Source: Pseudomonadota bacterium
GTDB lineage: Bacteria; Pseudomonadota; Alphaproteobacteria; MPNO01; UBA830
Direction: 5' to 3'
Length of the DNA stretch: 64,000 nt
Assembly: GCA_036136335.1 (NCBI GenBank)
Contig: JAYZQT010000007.1
Span: forward strand, 21,262-85,261
Part shown: piece by piece, positions 37,427 to 46,943 of the stretch
How positions within the stretch are numbered: position 1 is the first letter of the stretch
How the letters are laid out: each line of letters starts with the position of its first letter
The notes under the pieces: generated by a model
The model's database searches: none
What the model was told of the DNA's origin: nothing
Seen by the model: only the letters and a program-made list of their open reading frames with translations
Made by a program: the position numbers and the translations under genes

Positions 37427-38670
37427 TCTAACGGTACAGAAATCATTCCGTCAGCCAGTTTCGGGTCAAACCATGTTGATTTTGGGGGCATGATCATGCC
37501 CGCGTCCGCGACGTTCATCAGATCCTCAAGACTTGTCGGGAAAAGTGTAAATCCAGCCGCCATCTCGCCGCTGTCGACCCGACGGGCTATCTCTTCTGGA
37601 CCACGAGAGCCGCCGACAAAATCGATCCGTAAATCAGTCCGCTGATCGCGCACGTTCAACATTGGCTCAAACACCATGTTCGACAAAACGCTGACATCAA
37701 GACGCTTGATGGGATCCTGCGTTAACTGCTGATTTCTCGGGCGAATTAACGACCAACGGCCTGCAAGATACAACCCGAATGTCAGGCGCTCTGACGGCCG
37801 AACGGGATCTATCCGATTGTCAATGTAGAAATGTTTATCCAGGATTCCCATAAACTCGGCTGGGCTTAGACCGTTAAGATCAAGAATGACCCGATTGTAA
37901 TCCAGTATTCTAACCTCGTCCTGCGGAAAGCTGACGACAAGAAAACCGTTATAATTTTCTCTGCCGTGATGAAGGGAGTTGCGTTTCCGACGGTCCATTG
38001 CAACGCGCGCACTCGCTGCAGACCTATGGTGCCCATCAGCAATATAGATGGCGTCCATTTGATTTAGCAGCCCTTCAATCTGCTTTATCACCCCGACATC
38101 CGAGATCACCCAGAGCTCGTGACAGGCACCGTCAACATTTTGAGCTATCGCGGCCGAAGGCGAGGCGGCGACTCGATCCAGAACCGATGACAGGTCAGGC
38201 TCAGATCGATGAACACAGAGGACCGGACCAGTGATCGAATTGACAGCGTTTATCTGTCTGACCCTGTCATCTTCCTTGGAGGGGCGTGTCAGCTCATGTT
38301 TCCTGATACGGTTTTCCAGATACGCGTCCACGGACGCCAGTGCAGCAACGCCCGTTTGAACCTTCTCACCCTTAGTAATCCGGTAAACGTAAAAGCACGG
38401 CGAGGTGTCGCGGACCAGCAGACCTTGCTGTTTGAAACGCTGCAGGTTTTTGCCTGCGGTTTCGTACACCCGATCCGAATACGGGTCCACGTTTTCCGGC
38501 AGATCAATTTCTGCTCGCGATATATGAAAAAATGAGTTTGGCTTCTCCTTTGCTGCTGCTCTAGCTTCCTCGGCGTTTACTACGTCGTATGGCGGAGCTG
38601 CTATCTCGTTTGCCCGGCCCGCCGCCGGGCGCAAACCTGCAAATGGGCGGACCAGATGGTTAGACGCCAC
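37423..38670 (-). CDS. DUF1015 family protein
   Basis: APPYDVV, IRKHELTR..KEDDR, YIADGHHR and MPPKSTWFDPKL motifs. Confidence 0.9.
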   Translation of the reverse strand: MASNHLVRPFAGLRPAAGRANEIAAPPYDVVNAEEARAAAKEKPNSFFHISRAEIDLPENVDPYSDRVYETAGKNLQRFKQQGLLVRDTSPCFYVYRITKGEKVQTGVAALASVDAYLENRIRKHELTRPSKEDDRVRQINAVNSITGPVLCVHRSEPDLSSVLDRVAASPSAAIAQNVDGACHELWVISDVGVIKQIEGLLNQMDAIYIADGHHRSAASARVAMDRRKRNSLHHGRENYNGFLVVSFPQDEVRILDYNRVILDLNGLSPAEFMGILDKHFYIDNRIDPVRPSERLTFGLYLAGRWSLIRPRNQQLTQDPIKRLDVSVLSNMVFEPMLNVRDQRTDLRIDFVGGSRGPEEIARRVDSGEMAAGFTLFPTSLEDLMNVADAGMIMPPKSTWFDPKLADGMISVPLD

Positions 38671-38748
38671 TATGGTTTCCCCTGTCCAATGCCACGCGAA
38701 GACCAAAACGACCCTGAAACACAAATACGCTCACTAATGGAATGCAAT

Positions 38749-39465
38749 TTACAAGGATTCTGCGCCTGCTCGGCGTTGAAAATACTCCCAGGCTCGTTTT
38801 ACCGAGAAATCACTGAGAAAAATCTCGGCGCACTGATCTATCTCGCCGTCGGAGAGATATTCAATATCCTCGTGCATCGTCAGTGTATCCTGCAGCAATC
38901 GCGCGTTCACCTGGAGATATATTGATGTCATCACCGCACCCTGAACGCTTTTTCCCGTAACCGCACATCCATGTCCACGCATCAGTACCACATTATTTGA
39001 AGCCAGCCCGCTGGCCAGATCACGCCCCTGCTCCATATTTACGACCAACAGGTTTGTATCACCGAAATTGTCGCGGATATCCCAGACGGGGACAGCCTTG
39101 CCGATTGAGGCCCCTACATGCGCGACCGGTTTGAGTGGAACGGGCGTTACCCCAAAAGGTATGACAGCATGGGAATGATTATGCACCACAGCATTTACGT
39201 CCGGTCTCGCTTCATAGATTGCGCCATGAATGTGCCGCTCTGCGTAGGGTGTACGGCTGTCATCAATGGCCTCACCTTCGAGGGTGAATTCAATGACATC
39301 TCCAAGAGCAACCAACTCGGGGCTGCGCGAACGACTCATCAGATACCGTTTAGGATTTTCTGGATGACGAATACTCACGTGACCATAGGCGTCAACGACG
39401 TTTTCACGGGCCAGAATTCGGTTGGCTACCACTACTTCCCGCATGGTATTCAGGGATTTATCCAT
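38749..39465 (-). CDS. Class II aldolase/adducin family protein, hydroxypyridine-dicarboxylate decarboxylase-like
   Basis: GHVSIR, ERHIHGAIYEARPDVNAVVHNHS, LMRGHG. Resembles, from memory, 3-hydroxy-2-methylpyridine-4,5-dicarboxylate 4-decarboxylase. Confidence 0.8.
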   Translation of the reverse strand: MDKSLNTMREVVVANRILARENVVDAYGHVSIRHPENPKRYLMSRSRSPELVALGDVIEFTLEGEAIDDSRTPYAERHIHGAIYEARPDVNAVVHNHSHAVIPFGVTPVPLKPVAHVGASIGKAVPVWDIRDNFGDTNLLVVNMEQGRDLASGLASNNVVLMRGHGCAVTGKSVQGAVMTSIYLQVNARLLQDTLTMHEDIEYLSDGEIDQCAEIFLSDFSVKRAWEYFQRRAGAESL

Positions 39466-39588
39466 TATTCTGATCCGAATTTTGCTGCCGACCACTTTCT
39501 CATAGCACGCAATCAATGTCCCGGCGAGTCGCCCCCGCTAGGATTTCGCGGTAAGCTCTCGTGAATTGGGAACAGGGTGTTGGATACG

Positions 39589-40293
39589 ATGACGCGCGAT
39601 TTTGAAGATCATTGCTGGACTGACGTCATTTCGCCAGAGATTCTCCAAGTATACAAACCCTACCAAAGAACTGTCTTTGTCGGGCAGAAGCCGGCGCTTC
39701 TGGCAATAGACCTATACAACTTTGTCTACCGCGGTGATCCAAAAAAATATCCTCACGAGCTGACGGAGGATTATCCCAGCTCCTGTGGCAAATTCGCATG
39801 GGACGCTGTCGAGCCCACGAAGCGTTTGTTTAATGCATGCAGGTCCGCCGCGCTGCCAATCATTTACGTGACGGGATCGGTGAACAAAGGACGAGTGCGG
39901 TCGACCAACCGGCAGACTGGAGACGATGCTGGCGACGAGATGATGGAAATCCACCCTGCGTTTGCAGTGCAGGGTGATGATATTCTAATACGCAAAGAGC
40001 GAGCGAGCGCTTTTCATTCTACTCCACTGATTGCGCGGCTGACGCAACTCAATATCAATAGCCTTATTGTCTGCGGCGAAAGCACCTCGGGGTGTGTTCG
40101 TGCATCTGTAGTTGATGCCTATTCATACGGGTATCACGTCACGATTTCGGAGGAATGCGTGTTTGACAGGTCCGAACTCTCTCACAAGGTCAATCTATTC
40201 GACATGCACCATAAATATGCAGATGTTATGGTTTTAGCCGATATAATATCTCATCTGGAAAAAACCTATCCAGCCCCGAAGGCAGCGGAGTAG
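39589..40293 (+). CDS. Isochorismatase-family cysteine amidohydrolase (maleamate amidohydrolase NicF / N-carbamoylsarcosine amidase-like)
   Basis: Asp-Lys-Cys triad: LLAID, RKERASAF, STSGCVRASVVDA; C-terminal NLFDMHHKYADV. Confidence 0.85.
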   Translation: MTRDFEDHCWTDVISPEILQVYKPYQRTVFVGQKPALLAIDLYNFVYRGDPKKYPHELTEDYPSSCGKFAWDAVEPTKRLFNACRSAALPIIYVTGSVNKGRVRSTNRQTGDDAGDEMMEIHPAFAVQGDDILIRKERASAFHSTPLIARLTQLNINSLIVCGESTSGCVRASVVDAYSYGYHVTISEECVFDRSELSHKVNLFDMHHKYADVMVLADIISHLEKTYPAPKAAE

Positions 40294-40298
40294 GAGTT

Positions 40299-40841
40299 AT
40301 GGCAACAAAAATTGATACGGCGGATTTACACGACAAGCTGGAAGCGTCCCTTGACAGGCATTGCAAGACACTGGCTACCCGCGAGCCAAATTCAAGAGTG
40401 TGGGCATTAGAAACCAAACTCGATACCAAATATGCACGAACCCAGCGACGTTATCTGGGTACCAGCGGTAACGTGGAACACACGGATCCGAAGGCATTAA
40501 TGGGAGACAGCTTCACGCTAACAATAATCGAGCAACCCCCGGGCCATGAGCAGCCACTGCATCATCATAATGAAGAAGAAGTGTTCTTTGTGCTTGAGGG
40601 CAAACCTACCATCATCTGGGAATACGCCGGCACTATTGTAAAACGGCAACTCGGACCATGGGACATGATCTACAATCCCGCGGGACAGGTGCATGGCGTC
40701 ATTAACGAATCCAGCGAGCCCTGTTTTTTTCAGGTCATGCTGGGGAATTCGAAACCCGACCGACCCCAATATCTGGATCCAGAACTGCGGCGCCTGCAGG
40801 CCGAAGACAGGCCCGACGAAGATGTACGCGCCAAGGAATAA
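40299..40841 (+). CDS. Cupin domain protein
   Basis: PLHHHNEEEVFFVLEG and PAGQVHG cupin motifs; AGGAG RBS. Confidence 0.88.
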   Translation: MATKIDTADLHDKLEASLDRHCKTLATREPNSRVWALETKLDTKYARTQRRYLGTSGNVEHTDPKALMGDSFTLTIIEQPPGHEQPLHHHNEEEVFFVLEGKPTIIWEYAGTIVKRQLGPWDMIYNPAGQVHGVINESSEPCFFQVMLGNSKPDRPQYLDPELRRLQAEDRPDEDVRAKE

Positions 40842-40957
40842 ATCCATCTTTGAGATGCCTCGACCATAGACGACTTATGAAATGCGTTAACAGAGACTGC
40901 CGCGTCGCGCATCCGCCTTTGTAGAATTGGCCAAGTGCTACAACGGTTTCAGTCTGC

Positions 40958-40994
40958 ATTATTAATAATAATGTCGACAACTTATCTCAGATAA
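40958..40994. promoter_or_regulatory. Three consecutive palindromes upstream of the decarboxylase-like gene
   Basis: ATTATTAATAAT (40958-69), TGTCGACA (40972-79), TTATCT-C-AGATAA (40982-94). Confidence 0.4.
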
Positions 40995-41124
40995 ACAACA
41001 GGTTCATGGGCTTGGGTATATAGCTATTCCTCTTGTCGAATTTGCAGATACAAAATTAATATTGCGCTAAGATATTCTGCGTCCCGTGCACGCCCCCAAC
41101 CTTCCATGAAATGGAATACGAATT

Positions 41125-42117
41125 ATGACGGAAAAATTAAAATTGACCCTAGCATGCGGTGACTACGAGATTATTCGAGCGCTGAAAGAAGGGACCGTCA
41201 CACCTGACGGCATCGAGCTTAACGTACTCACGGACATGGATTCTTCTTCGCGCCATTGGCGAATGATCCGCAACGAAGAATTTGACGTTTGCGAACTTTC
41301 AGGCTCTTCATATCTGATGGCCAAGGATCGTGGCCAGGGTTTTTCAGCGATACCCGTCTTTCTGCATCGGCGGTTCCGACATGGCTTTATTTTCATCAAT
41401 ACATCAAGGGGTCTCCAGAAACCGGCGGACCTAAACGGGAAACGTATTGGTATAAAAACCTACCAGGCAACGGCAATTCTCTACCTCCGCGGCCTGCTAT
41501 CCAGTGAATACGGTGTTGACCTCACCAGTATCGAGTGGGTAACGGAGCTTGAAGAAGAGATAGCCTTTGAAATCCCTGACGAAATCTCCCTATCCCGAGC
41601 ACCTGCGGGATCGGACATTTCCGAGATGCTTGCCGAGGGAAAACTGGATGCGGTCATCCACCCCGATATAATCGCGCCAATCCTGCGCGGCGACAAACGG
41701 GTCGGACGTTTGTTCCAGAATTACCGGTCCGAGGAAGCAGCCTATTACAAACGCACAGGCATCTTTCCAATCATGCATGCCACCGTGATCCGAGACGACA
41801 TTCTCCAGAAACACCCCTGGGTAGCTACAAATCTGGCACAGGCATTTGAAAGCGCAAAAGTCGCGGCATATCGTCGAATGAGCAATCCGAGAGTAGTGCC
41901 ACTTGCTTGGTTTCTTGACGAATGGGACTCCCAGCGAGAACTGATGGGACCAGACCCGTGGGTGTTTGGACTAACGCCGGAAAACCGAGAAAATCTTGAA
42001 ACCATGATCAGGTATTCCAGAGCCGACGGATTAATTTCAAATCTCGAAAATGTCGACGACTTCTATCTGGACGTTATGCTAGAATCACGTGGACGGGGGG
42101 AGGCCGCGCGACATTAA
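41125..42117 (+). CDS. 4,5-dihydroxyphthalate decarboxylase-like protein (SBP-like fold, no signal peptide)
   Basis: LTLACGDY, FDVCELS.SSY, AIPVFLHRRFRHG, DLNGKRIG, YQAT, TGIFPIMH. Confidence 0.78.
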   Translation: MTEKLKLTLACGDYEIIRALKEGTVTPDGIELNVLTDMDSSSRHWRMIRNEEFDVCELSGSSYLMAKDRGQGFSAIPVFLHRRFRHGFIFINTSRGLQKPADLNGKRIGIKTYQATAILYLRGLLSSEYGVDLTSIEWVTELEEEIAFEIPDEISLSRAPAGSDISEMLAEGKLDAVIHPDIIAPILRGDKRVGRLFQNYRSEEAAYYKRTGIFPIMHATVIRDDILQKHPWVATNLAQAFESAKVAAYRRMSNPRVVPLAWFLDEWDSQRELMGPDPWVFGLTPENRENLETMIRYSRADGLISNLENVDDFYLDVMLESRGRGEAARH

Positions 42118-42971
42118 CTGGGTGATTGGGTCCCTACGATTGTCGTCCGGCGCAGCAGGCGGCGTTCAGTTTCCGGAAAATCTGTTCGAGCATGCGTAAT
42201 ACACCGATTGTCCCAAAGCACCAGATCACCAACCTTCCAGACGTGCTCGTAAACGATTGAAGGATCTTCGGAAACGCTAAACAGCTCGTCAAGAAGAGCG
42301 TTTCCCTCCTCCGTTTCAAGCCCTTCGATGTGCGCCGTCATAAGCCGGTTTACATAGATCGCTTTTCTGCCCGTTTCCGGGTGCGTGATGAATACGGGAT
42401 GGGCGTAGTTTCCAACTTTTGAAAGATCTAGATCAGCCCCCGGACGCTCAGTCCGTTTGTAGTCGTGAACCTGCAATGCTCTCTTTTCAGAAAGCCTCTC
42501 CCGAACATGGGGTGTCAGATTTGCATATGCGGCATACATATCCGCAAATAACGTGTTACCGCCCGTAGATGGCAATTCGACTGCGTGCAGCATGGTCCCA
42601 TTATGGGGAAATTCAGTATAGCACATGTCGCTGTGAAACCACATTTCACCGTCATGCGGCAGCCCCATGGGTTTACCATCAATACGGATGTTGGAAACAA
42701 TCATCACCTCAACCGGCAGATCGTCGACCAGGTCATGGACGGCCCGTGACGGCATCCTAGGACGGCCAGGCTCCCCCAGTTGTTCCGTAAAGGATACCAG
42801 TTCCCGTGGTGTCAGGTCCTGCTCACGAAAAACGAGAACCTGGTGTTCGTACCACGCCTGCATGACTTTATCCACGAGATCGGGGGCAAGATTTTTACGC
42901 AAATCCAATCCGTGTATCTCCGCACCAACGGGCGCATCTAGTTTCTCGACCTTCAAGAAAGCTGCATCCAT
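42114..42971 (-). CDS. TauD/TfdA family Fe(II)/2-oxoglutarate dioxygenase
   Basis: GAEIHGLDL, WFHSD (HxD), GGNTLFADM, WDNRCITHAR. Confidence 0.92.
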   Translation of the reverse strand: MDAAFLKVEKLDAPVGAEIHGLDLRKNLAPDLVDKVMQAWYEHQVLVFREQDLTPRELVSFTEQLGEPGRPRMPSRAVHDLVDDLPVEVMIVSNIRIDGKPMGLPHDGEMWFHSDMCYTEFPHNGTMLHAVELPSTGGNTLFADMYAAYANLTPHVRERLSEKRALQVHDYKRTERPGADLDLSKVGNYAHPVFITHPETGRKAIYVNRLMTAHIEGLETEEGNALLDELFSVSEDPSIVYEHVWKVGDLVLWDNRCITHARTDFPETERRLLRRTTIVGTQSPS

Positions 42972-42987
42972 AAACCTAACCTTCTAA

Positions 42988-43860
42988 TCAATCGTGTTGT
43001 ATCAGATCTGCCATTGCACGATGCAAATCTGACCCGGGATCACCAAAATGCCCAACGATCGTATAGTGATGGCAGTCTGGCGCTGGAATTTCCTTAACCG
43101 CAAGGCCTTTTCCAGTCCAGGCCGCAAATAGTTCCGCCTGGTGACGCCTGAATTCATCTGTTTCCAGACCGCCCACTGCCAAAATTAGCGGTATATCGGA
43201 AACTGGATCGAGATAAAGAGGGCTGCTCACTGCCACGTCTTCCGAACGAAGCCCCAGTACATCGTTTACATGACATAACCGAACCGGTTCAAGATCATAA
43301 AGGCCGGAGAGCGCACACGCGCCCTTGATAGGCGTAACGGGAAGTTGGTTATCATACTCTGCCCACCCTGTGGTAAGCATCATCGCTGTCAGGTGACCGC
43401 CAGCTGAGTGGCCTGCCATGTACATCCGATCGGGATCAATCCCAAGATATTCCGCGTTCTTCCAGATCCACGATACCGCCCGCCGGCATTCGTCCACCAT
43501 CTGCCCAATTGTCGCTTCGGGGGCCAAAGTATAGTTCAGGGTTATAAACGCAATATTCTCATCTAGAAACGATGGCGCGATATAGGTTGTGTCATTCTTG
43601 TCGGAAAGATGCCAATAACCACCGTGTATATAGATAAGCGCAGCGCAGCGCCCTCCGCCGCCAGATGGCAGAAAAACGTCAAGCTTTTCTTTCTCACGTT
43701 CACCATATGAAATATCAAGACGACCATGGATCCTGTCACGTATGCGCGCACTTTCGGTTTCACGAAAGTTGATTACTTCAGGGACATCCGGCCAAAGTGG
43801 CCGCAGGTCGTACTGCGCATTCAGTGCAGCACTGTCGTATCCGCGGTAAATATCACTCAC
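42988..43860 (-). CDS. Alpha/beta hydrolase, arylformamidase (kynurenine formamidase)-like
   Basis: IHGGYW oxyanion motif, GHSAGG nucleophile, SGLYDL, ETDEF, HH; GTG start at 43860. Confidence 0.85.
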   Translation of the reverse strand: MSDIYRGYDSAALNAQYDLRPLWPDVPEVINFRETESARIRDRIHGRLDISYGEREKEKLDVFLPSGGGGRCAALIYIHGGYWHLSDKNDTTYIAPSFLDENIAFITLNYTLAPEATIGQMVDECRRAVSWIWKNAEYLGIDPDRMYMAGHSAGGHLTAMMLTTGWAEYDNQLPVTPIKGACALSGLYDLEPVRLCHVNDVLGLRSEDVAVSSPLYLDPVSDIPLILAVGGLETDEFRRHQAELFAAWTGKGLAVKEIPAPDCHHYTIVGHFGDPGSDLHRAMADLIQHD

Positions 43861-43921
43861 AGTTGAATTCCATGTGTTAACCAGTAGACAAAGGTCTTTC
43901 AACCCCTATGTTCATCTCGTC

Positions 43922-45304
43922 ATGTCGTTACATCTTTATAATACCCTTTCGCGTCAGAAAGAAAAATTTGTGCCCGCTGACCCCAACCGCCTCACGATGT
44001 ATGTGTGCGGGCCAACTGTATATTCATATGCCCATATCGGAAATGCCCGACCAGCTGTGATTTTTGATGTTCTCGTAAAACTCCTCCGGCACCAGTGGCC
44101 TCAGGTGATTTTCGCACGCAACATCACCGACATTGACGACAAAATCAACGCAGCGGCCTCCAAAGAGGGAGTGGAAATTAACGTAATATCCAGGCGGTTC
44201 ACATCCATATACCACGACGATATGATGTCTCTTGGGATTGATCCGCCAGATCTTGAGCCCCACGCCACCGACCATGTTCCTGACATGATCACAATGATCG
44301 AAAGGCTTATATCTGGCGGCCATGCCTATCACGTCGATGGGCATGTTCTGTTCAACGTTCCTACCTTTGCAAACTATGGTCACCTTTCCGGGCACCCTCA
44401 GGAAGAGCTTCGTGCTGGTGCACGTGTCGACGTGGCACCCTACAAAAAAGACCCTTCTGACTTCATCCTTTGGAAACCTTCCGCTCCCGAGATGCCAGGT
44501 TGGGACAGCCCTTGGGGACGCGGGCGGCCGGGGTGGCATCTCGAATGCTCGGCCATGATAGAAAAACACCTAGGCGAAACGATTGATATTCATGGCGGCG
44601 GAATCGATCTTGTCTTCCCGCATCACGAAAATGAAATCGCCCAGTCTACATGTGTCCATGGCGGCAAAACCTTTGTGCGTTATTGGCTGCACAATGGGTT
44701 TGTAAATGTTGAAAAGGAAAAGATGTCCAAGTCAATTGGCAACGTTCTTCTAATACGTGATCTTCTTGAAGATACATCGGGTGAAGCGATACGGCTGGCA
44801 CTGCTTGCTGGTCATTACCGCCAACCGCTCGACTGGACAGATAATGGCCTCCAACAGGCAGAAAAAATGCTCGACCGCCTGTATGGCGCCGTCCAGCGAT
44901 TGGCTGACATACAAGCGGACGACAACCCGGACCCAGATCCAGACTTCCTGACAGCAATGAATGATGACCTTAATACGCCAAGGGCTCTCGCCGCACTCTT
45001 TGAACTGGTTCGCCTCGCAAATACCGCAGAAAACGTGGCCGATAAACGGCGGTTGAAAGGCAAACTCCTTCGTTCGGCGGGTTTTCTCGGTCTGCTGCAG
45101 CAGACCCCGGACAAGTGGTTTGCGGGCAGCGTCGCGAAGGATAGCAGCCCTGCAGAAGACGAAATCCAGGAGCTTGTCCAAGCCAGAAACAGGGCCAGAG
45201 AGACCAAGAATTTTGCCGAGGCGGATCGAATCCGGGATTTGCTTGGCAAAGAAGGAATAGTACTGGATGATGGAGCTGTCGAAACCAGATGGCGGCGGCG
45301 TTGA
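43922..45304 (+). CDS. cysS: Cysteine--tRNA ligase
   Basis: YVCGPTVY, HIGN, GRPGWHLECSAM, DIHGGGIDLVFPHHENE, KMSKS and C-terminal ADRIRD. Confidence 0.97.
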   Translation: MSLHLYNTLSRQKEKFVPADPNRLTMYVCGPTVYSYAHIGNARPAVIFDVLVKLLRHQWPQVIFARNITDIDDKINAAASKEGVEINVISRRFTSIYHDDMMSLGIDPPDLEPHATDHVPDMITMIERLISGGHAYHVDGHVLFNVPTFANYGHLSGHPQEELRAGARVDVAPYKKDPSDFILWKPSAPEMPGWDSPWGRGRPGWHLECSAMIEKHLGETIDIHGGGIDLVFPHHENEIAQSTCVHGGKTFVRYWLHNGFVNVEKEKMSKSIGNVLLIRDLLEDTSGEAIRLALLAGHYRQPLDWTDNGLQQAEKMLDRLYGAVQRLADIQADDNPDPDPDFLTAMNDDLNTPRALAALFELVRLANTAENVADKRRLKGKLLRSAGFLGLLQQTPDKWFAGSVAKDSSPAEDEIQELVQARNRARETKNFAEADRIRDLLGKEGIVLDDGAVETRWRRR

Positions 45305-45394
45305 TCATCGTGCGCTCGTTTATGCTTAAAGTAACCGAGAAAACTAGGACTGGGCGCTCTTGATTTCAGACGTTTTTTCGCGTTTTCTAGTCAA

Positions 45395-46864
45395 ATGACT
45401 ATTGGCGCGACCCTTGCAACAGCTGCCAGTGCGTACCCAGAAAAACCCGCATTTATCATGGAAAACCGCGCCGTCAGCTACGCCGTTGCGGATGCGCTTG
45501 CAAACTGTTTTTCCAACGCCCTGCTTTCTCATGGAACCGATTCCGGCGACCGGATAGCTATAATAGGGCATAACAGCATAGAGTATGCGGTAGCGTACTT
45601 CGGCATCGCCCGCGCAGGCGGCGTCTCCCTACATCTGTCACCGCGCATGACCCTGGAAGAAATTACCCACTGTGTTGAGACAGCTGGTGTGAAGATTGCT
45701 GTATGTGATCCGTCTGTTGGCCAAATAAATGTCGATGTCCGTATTTCAATGGAACCAGCAGCATTCGATAGTTTATATGCAAATTTTTCCGATGTTGATC
45801 CAAGACGTGAGCAGCTGATTGATTCCCCTTCATCAGCGACCTACACCGGTGGCACTACGGGGTACCCAAAGGGCGCCCTTCATACAGCGCGCTCCCGATT
45901 GACCTGGGCGACAATCGCACATGATTTTTTCGGGTTAACCCCGAACGATGTCATGGCAAACGCCGCACCAATGGGCCACGCAGCGGGCGGGTTCATCTGG
46001 TTTCAGCCGGGCGTTTGCGCGGCAGCAACCCAGGTTCTCATGCCACACTGGGACGTTCCAAAATTTATAGATTTAGTGGAACGCTGCTGCGTCAGCGCAA
46101 CCTTTCTCGTACCGGCGCAGATAGGCATGTTGCTGGATCACGGTGCGTTCAACGCGGAGCGTCTGCGCCACCTAAGAAAAATCGTGTATGGAGGTGCTCC
46201 GACACCGCTCGGGCTAATCGAGCGCGCCGATTGCGCATTGCCGGAATGTGAATTTATACAGAATTATGGGATGACTGAGATCGGACCGCTTGTGACACTC
46301 TACGAGCAGGATCGTGTCCTTTATCCGGAAGCGCTCGGCCGTCCCACAGAACACACCGAATGCGCGATATTCACTGAGCCTGGAAAACACGCTAAGCCGG
46401 GTGAGATAGGGGAGCTATGCTTTCGGGGGGCCACACTTATGACCGGCTTTATTGGCGATCCTGCTCAGACGGAAGAATTTTTTCGTACAGGTGATGGTTG
46501 GGGATGGACGGGTGATCTCGCCGTGATGAACGAAGACAAAGTAATTTCACTGGTCGGAAGAACGAAGGATATGATCATTTCTGGTGGTCTAAATGTCTAT
46601 CCGGCCGAGATCGAACGCGTCCTAATGGATGTACCTGTTGTCTTAGAATGCGCGGTATTCGGCATACCCGACGACATTCTGGGTGAACTGCCTGCTGCTG
46701 TGATCATTGCGCAGCACGCGACGACCGCAGAAGAAATTCTTACCGCATGCGAAATAAAAATGGCGCGCCATAAACGCCCGCGCCGAATTGAGTTCGTAGA
46801 GAAGATACCGAAATCTCCTACAGGCAAAGTCCTGCGAACCGCGTTGCGCGAACAATTTGGTTAA
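45395..46864 (+). CDS. Class I adenylate-forming enzyme (acyl-CoA synthetase family)
   Basis: YTGGTTGYPKG, YGMTE, TGDL, GRTKDMIISGG, PKSPTGK. Confidence 0.92.
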   Translation: MTIGATLATAASAYPEKPAFIMENRAVSYAVADALANCFSNALLSHGTDSGDRIAIIGHNSIEYAVAYFGIARAGGVSLHLSPRMTLEEITHCVETAGVKIAVCDPSVGQINVDVRISMEPAAFDSLYANFSDVDPRREQLIDSPSSATYTGGTTGYPKGALHTARSRLTWATIAHDFFGLTPNDVMANAAPMGHAAGGFIWFQPGVCAAATQVLMPHWDVPKFIDLVERCCVSATFLVPAQIGMLLDHGAFNAERLRHLRKIVYGGAPTPLGLIERADCALPECEFIQNYGMTEIGPLVTLYEQDRVLYPEALGRPTEHTECAIFTEPGKHAKPGEIGELCFRGATLMTGFIGDPAQTEEFFRTGDGWGWTGDLAVMNEDKVISLVGRTKDMIISGGLNVYPAEIERVLMDVPVVLECAVFGIPDDILGELPAAVIIAQHATTAEEILTACEIKMARHKRPRRIEFVEKIPKSPTGKVLRTALREQFG

Positions 46865-46943
46865 CCGCCCTGCAGCGCTGACTTAAGGTTGACCTGGTAA
46901 GCCAACTGGATAGGTTGACCCGCGAAATGGCGCAGTTAGGACT

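Noticed and set aside
46886-46920. AGGTTGACC direct repeat upstream of the crotonase genes
   Set aside because: Two 9-bp copies could be chance; no supporting evidence.
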